A stretch of 24,000 nucleotides of DNA from Anaerosomatales bacterium (GTDB taxonomy: Bacteria > Actinomycetota > Coriobacteriia > Anaerosomatales > Anaerosomataceae), in NCBI GenBank assembly GCA_030019445.1, contig JASEEU010000002.1, forward strand, positions 38,995-62,994, given 5' to 3'. Under the pieces are notes generated by a model. That model saw nothing but the letters and a program-made list of their open reading frames with translations. It searched no databases and was not told the DNA's origin. The translations under genes were made by a program, and so were the position numbers. Position 1 is the first letter of the stretch, and each line of letters begins with the position of its first letter. Positions 22,744 through 24,000 of the stretch are shown here, one piece after another.

Positions 22744-24000
22744 TCACTCGGCGGTCAGCACAGCCAAGACTTCCCGCTCTACCGCATCGCCGACGACGTC
22801 GGGCTCTCCCAGGAGCCAGACGTCTGCCATGCCATCGGCGTGGCGTCGCAGGTAGGCGCGCGTGGACGCCGTGAGGTCGGCGCCGTTCACGAGAAGGATC
22901 GGCGATCTGCTCCGCCCGCCCACCGATGAGCCGGCGAGCGCGTCAGGGAAGTTGCGGCCGGTGGCCAGCACCATCCGCCCGGGGAGCAGCCCGCGCGCGA
23001 GGCCGTGCTCGGCGAGCAGCGCCGCGGTCTCGAAGCGGTCCGCCCCGCCCACGCGGGTCGGGCGCGGACACGCGCTCTGGACCCGGGTCCCCACCACGTC
23101 GACGCCGCCGACGAGCACGGTCGAGGAGATACCGTACTCGCGCAGGATCGTCTTGGAGGCCGAGGGAAGACCGTACGACTCGGTGAGGACGATCGGCCAG
23201 TCGTTCGCGACGGCGAGCGGCCCGGCGGCGACGGCGTCGGGCCAGTTGCGCCCGTTGACCACGACCACGGTGGTGATCGACCGGCTCGGGTCACGCATGC
23301 GGCGGGCGATGGCGAGCGCGGTCTCGAAGCGGTTGACGCCGGCCACGCGCTCCACATGCGTGCATCCGGCGATCGAGGAGAGCTCGCGTTGGACGCGCCC
23401 CGAGACGACGTCGGTGCCGCCGAGCACGACGGCGTTGCGCGCGCCCAGCCGCCGGATCTCAGCGGCGATCTCATCAGGGAGGTACCCCGGGTTCGTGAGG
23501 AGGACAGGCGCCCGCAAAGCACCCGCCAGCGGTGCGCCCGCGAGCGCGTCGGGGAAGTCGCGCTCGGTGGCGAGCACCACCCACCGCGCACCCTCCGGGA
23601 ACGCCTCCCGGGAGATCTCGACGGACGTGAGCCCGCGGTTCCGACCGGCGAGGCGCTCGACGTTCGGAGGTGTCTCGCGGGTCACAAGGCCGGCGTCGCC
23701 CCAGAGGAAGAGGCGGTGGAAGAAGTTGCTCTCGTCATTCGTCCAGTCGGTGAACACCAGGCGCGCGTCGCGCGTCCCGTCGCGCACGAACACGGGGTCT
23801 GAGTACAGCACGCCCGGCTCGGCGGGGGAGACGACGCGGTCCTTGTGCCAGGTCAGGCCCCGGTCTGCCGAGGTCCAGAGCTCGATCCGGCCGCCCCGGC
23901 CCCGGTAGTCGTTGTCAACGCTCCCGCGGGCGTCGCTGTCTCCCGTGACGAGGAACGCCTCCACTCCGCCGCCCGGAAGACACTCGAACGCGGCGGCATC
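22744..24000 (-). CDS. Secreted/cell-wall-associated protein: BNR/sialidase-like beta-propeller region + three CWB2 cell-wall-binding repeats; N-terminus lies beyond the window
   Basis: The reading frame stays open from 23964 to the window edge (DAAAFECLPGGG upstream of the listed GTG). A BNR-like motif is present (SADRGLTW). Three ~100-aa repeats carry the CWB2 pattern (R.AG.NRFETA ... A.G.NFPDALAG.P.A....P.LL ... LGG...V). Confidence 0.85.
   Translation of the reverse strand, partial: DAAAFECLPGGGVEAFLVTGDSDARGSVDNDYRGRGGRIELWTSADRGLTWHKDRVVSPAEPGVLYSDPVFVRDGTRDARLVFTDWTNDESNFFHRLFLWGDAGLVTRETPPNVERLAGRNRGLTSVEISREAFPEGARWVVLATERDFPDALAGAPLAGALRAPVLLTNPGYLPDEIAAEIRRLGARNAVVLGGTDVVSGRVQRELSSIAGCTHVERVAGVNRFETALAIARRMRDPSRSITTVVVVNGRNWPDAVAAGPLAVANDWPIVLTESYGLPSASKTILREYGISSTVLVGGVDVVGTRVQSACPRPTRVGGADRFETAALLAEHGLARGLLPGRMVLATGRNFPDALAGSSVGGRSRSPILLVNGADLTASTRAYLRRHADGMADVWLLGEPDVVGDAVEREVLAVLTAE
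22747..23661 (-). repeat. Three tandem diverged ~300-bp coding repeats (CWB2 modules) inside the CDS above
   Basis: The protein-level repeats start at VERLAGRNRGLT, VERVAGVNRFET and VGGADRFET. Boundaries are approximate. Confidence 0.7.

Noticed and set aside
20666-22747. The 693-aa ORF spanning the whole suf region as a single protein.
   Set aside because: Its first 276 codons read out of frame across sufC and give an Arg/Pro/Gly-rich sequence. The genuine SufB/D sequence begins at the internal ATG 21919, which has its own Shine-Dalgarno. sufC (21907..22674) accounts for the upstream DNA.
1-24000. CRISPR arrays, transposons or IS elements, toxin-antitoxin pairs and known defence systems.
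   Set aside because: Reading both strands, I found no regularly spaced direct repeats, no terminal inverted repeats flanking a transposase-like ORF, and no small two-gene cassettes with toxin or antitoxin motifs.

Overview
Very GC-rich, gene-dense chromosomal window with strong G/C bias at codon third positions. It looks like an anaerobic Actinomycetota (Coriobacteriia-like) lineage; this is inferred from gene content only. I found no CRISPR array, transposase, integrase or phage gene. Contents from left to right:

- **1-1387 (+):** the 3' part of a NitT/TauT-type ABC importer, ATPase plus permease.
- **1421-4487 (-):** a signalling operon with a soluble PAS-PAS hybrid histidine kinase carrying two receiver domains, followed by two stand-alone receiver proteins. 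tRNA-Arg(CCT) lies just upstream.
- **4789-5427 (+):** a type I phosphoribosyltransferase.
- **5487-14755 (-):** the conserved actinobacterial cell-wall and division signalling cluster in rearranged form. The order is a polytopic Ser/Thr kinase, fhaA, fhaB, pstP, one ORF fusing RodA (SEDS) to PbpA (class B PBP), a 6-TM membrane protein, and pknB with 4 PASTA domains.
- **14849-15423:** tRNA-Leu(CAG) and a SlyD-like FKBP.
- **15602-18920:** a loose neighbourhood of poorly characterised genes. Two paralogous SemiSWEET/PQ-loop-like 90-aa membrane proteins flank a DUF2177-like membrane protein, a HemN/HemW-family radical SAM enzyme, a 70-aa Cys-rich protein and a 47-aa DnaJ-type zinc-ribbon sORF that is absent from the ORF track.
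- **18903-24000 (-):** a CPA2 antiporter fused to a USP domain, a minimal sufC-sufB/D pair, and a partial BNR/sialidase-like protein with three CWB2 cell-wall-binding repeats.

Most long ORFs opposite these genes are GC-driven shadow ORFs.

The observations most worth follow-up:
- the natural SEDS-bPBP fusion
- the polytopic kinase and the membrane protein sitting in the pknA slot
- the SemiSWEET pair
- the radical SAM gene with its neighbouring small Cys proteins

I did not find a defined new multi-gene system. All functional calls rest on motifs read by eye; no searches were run.
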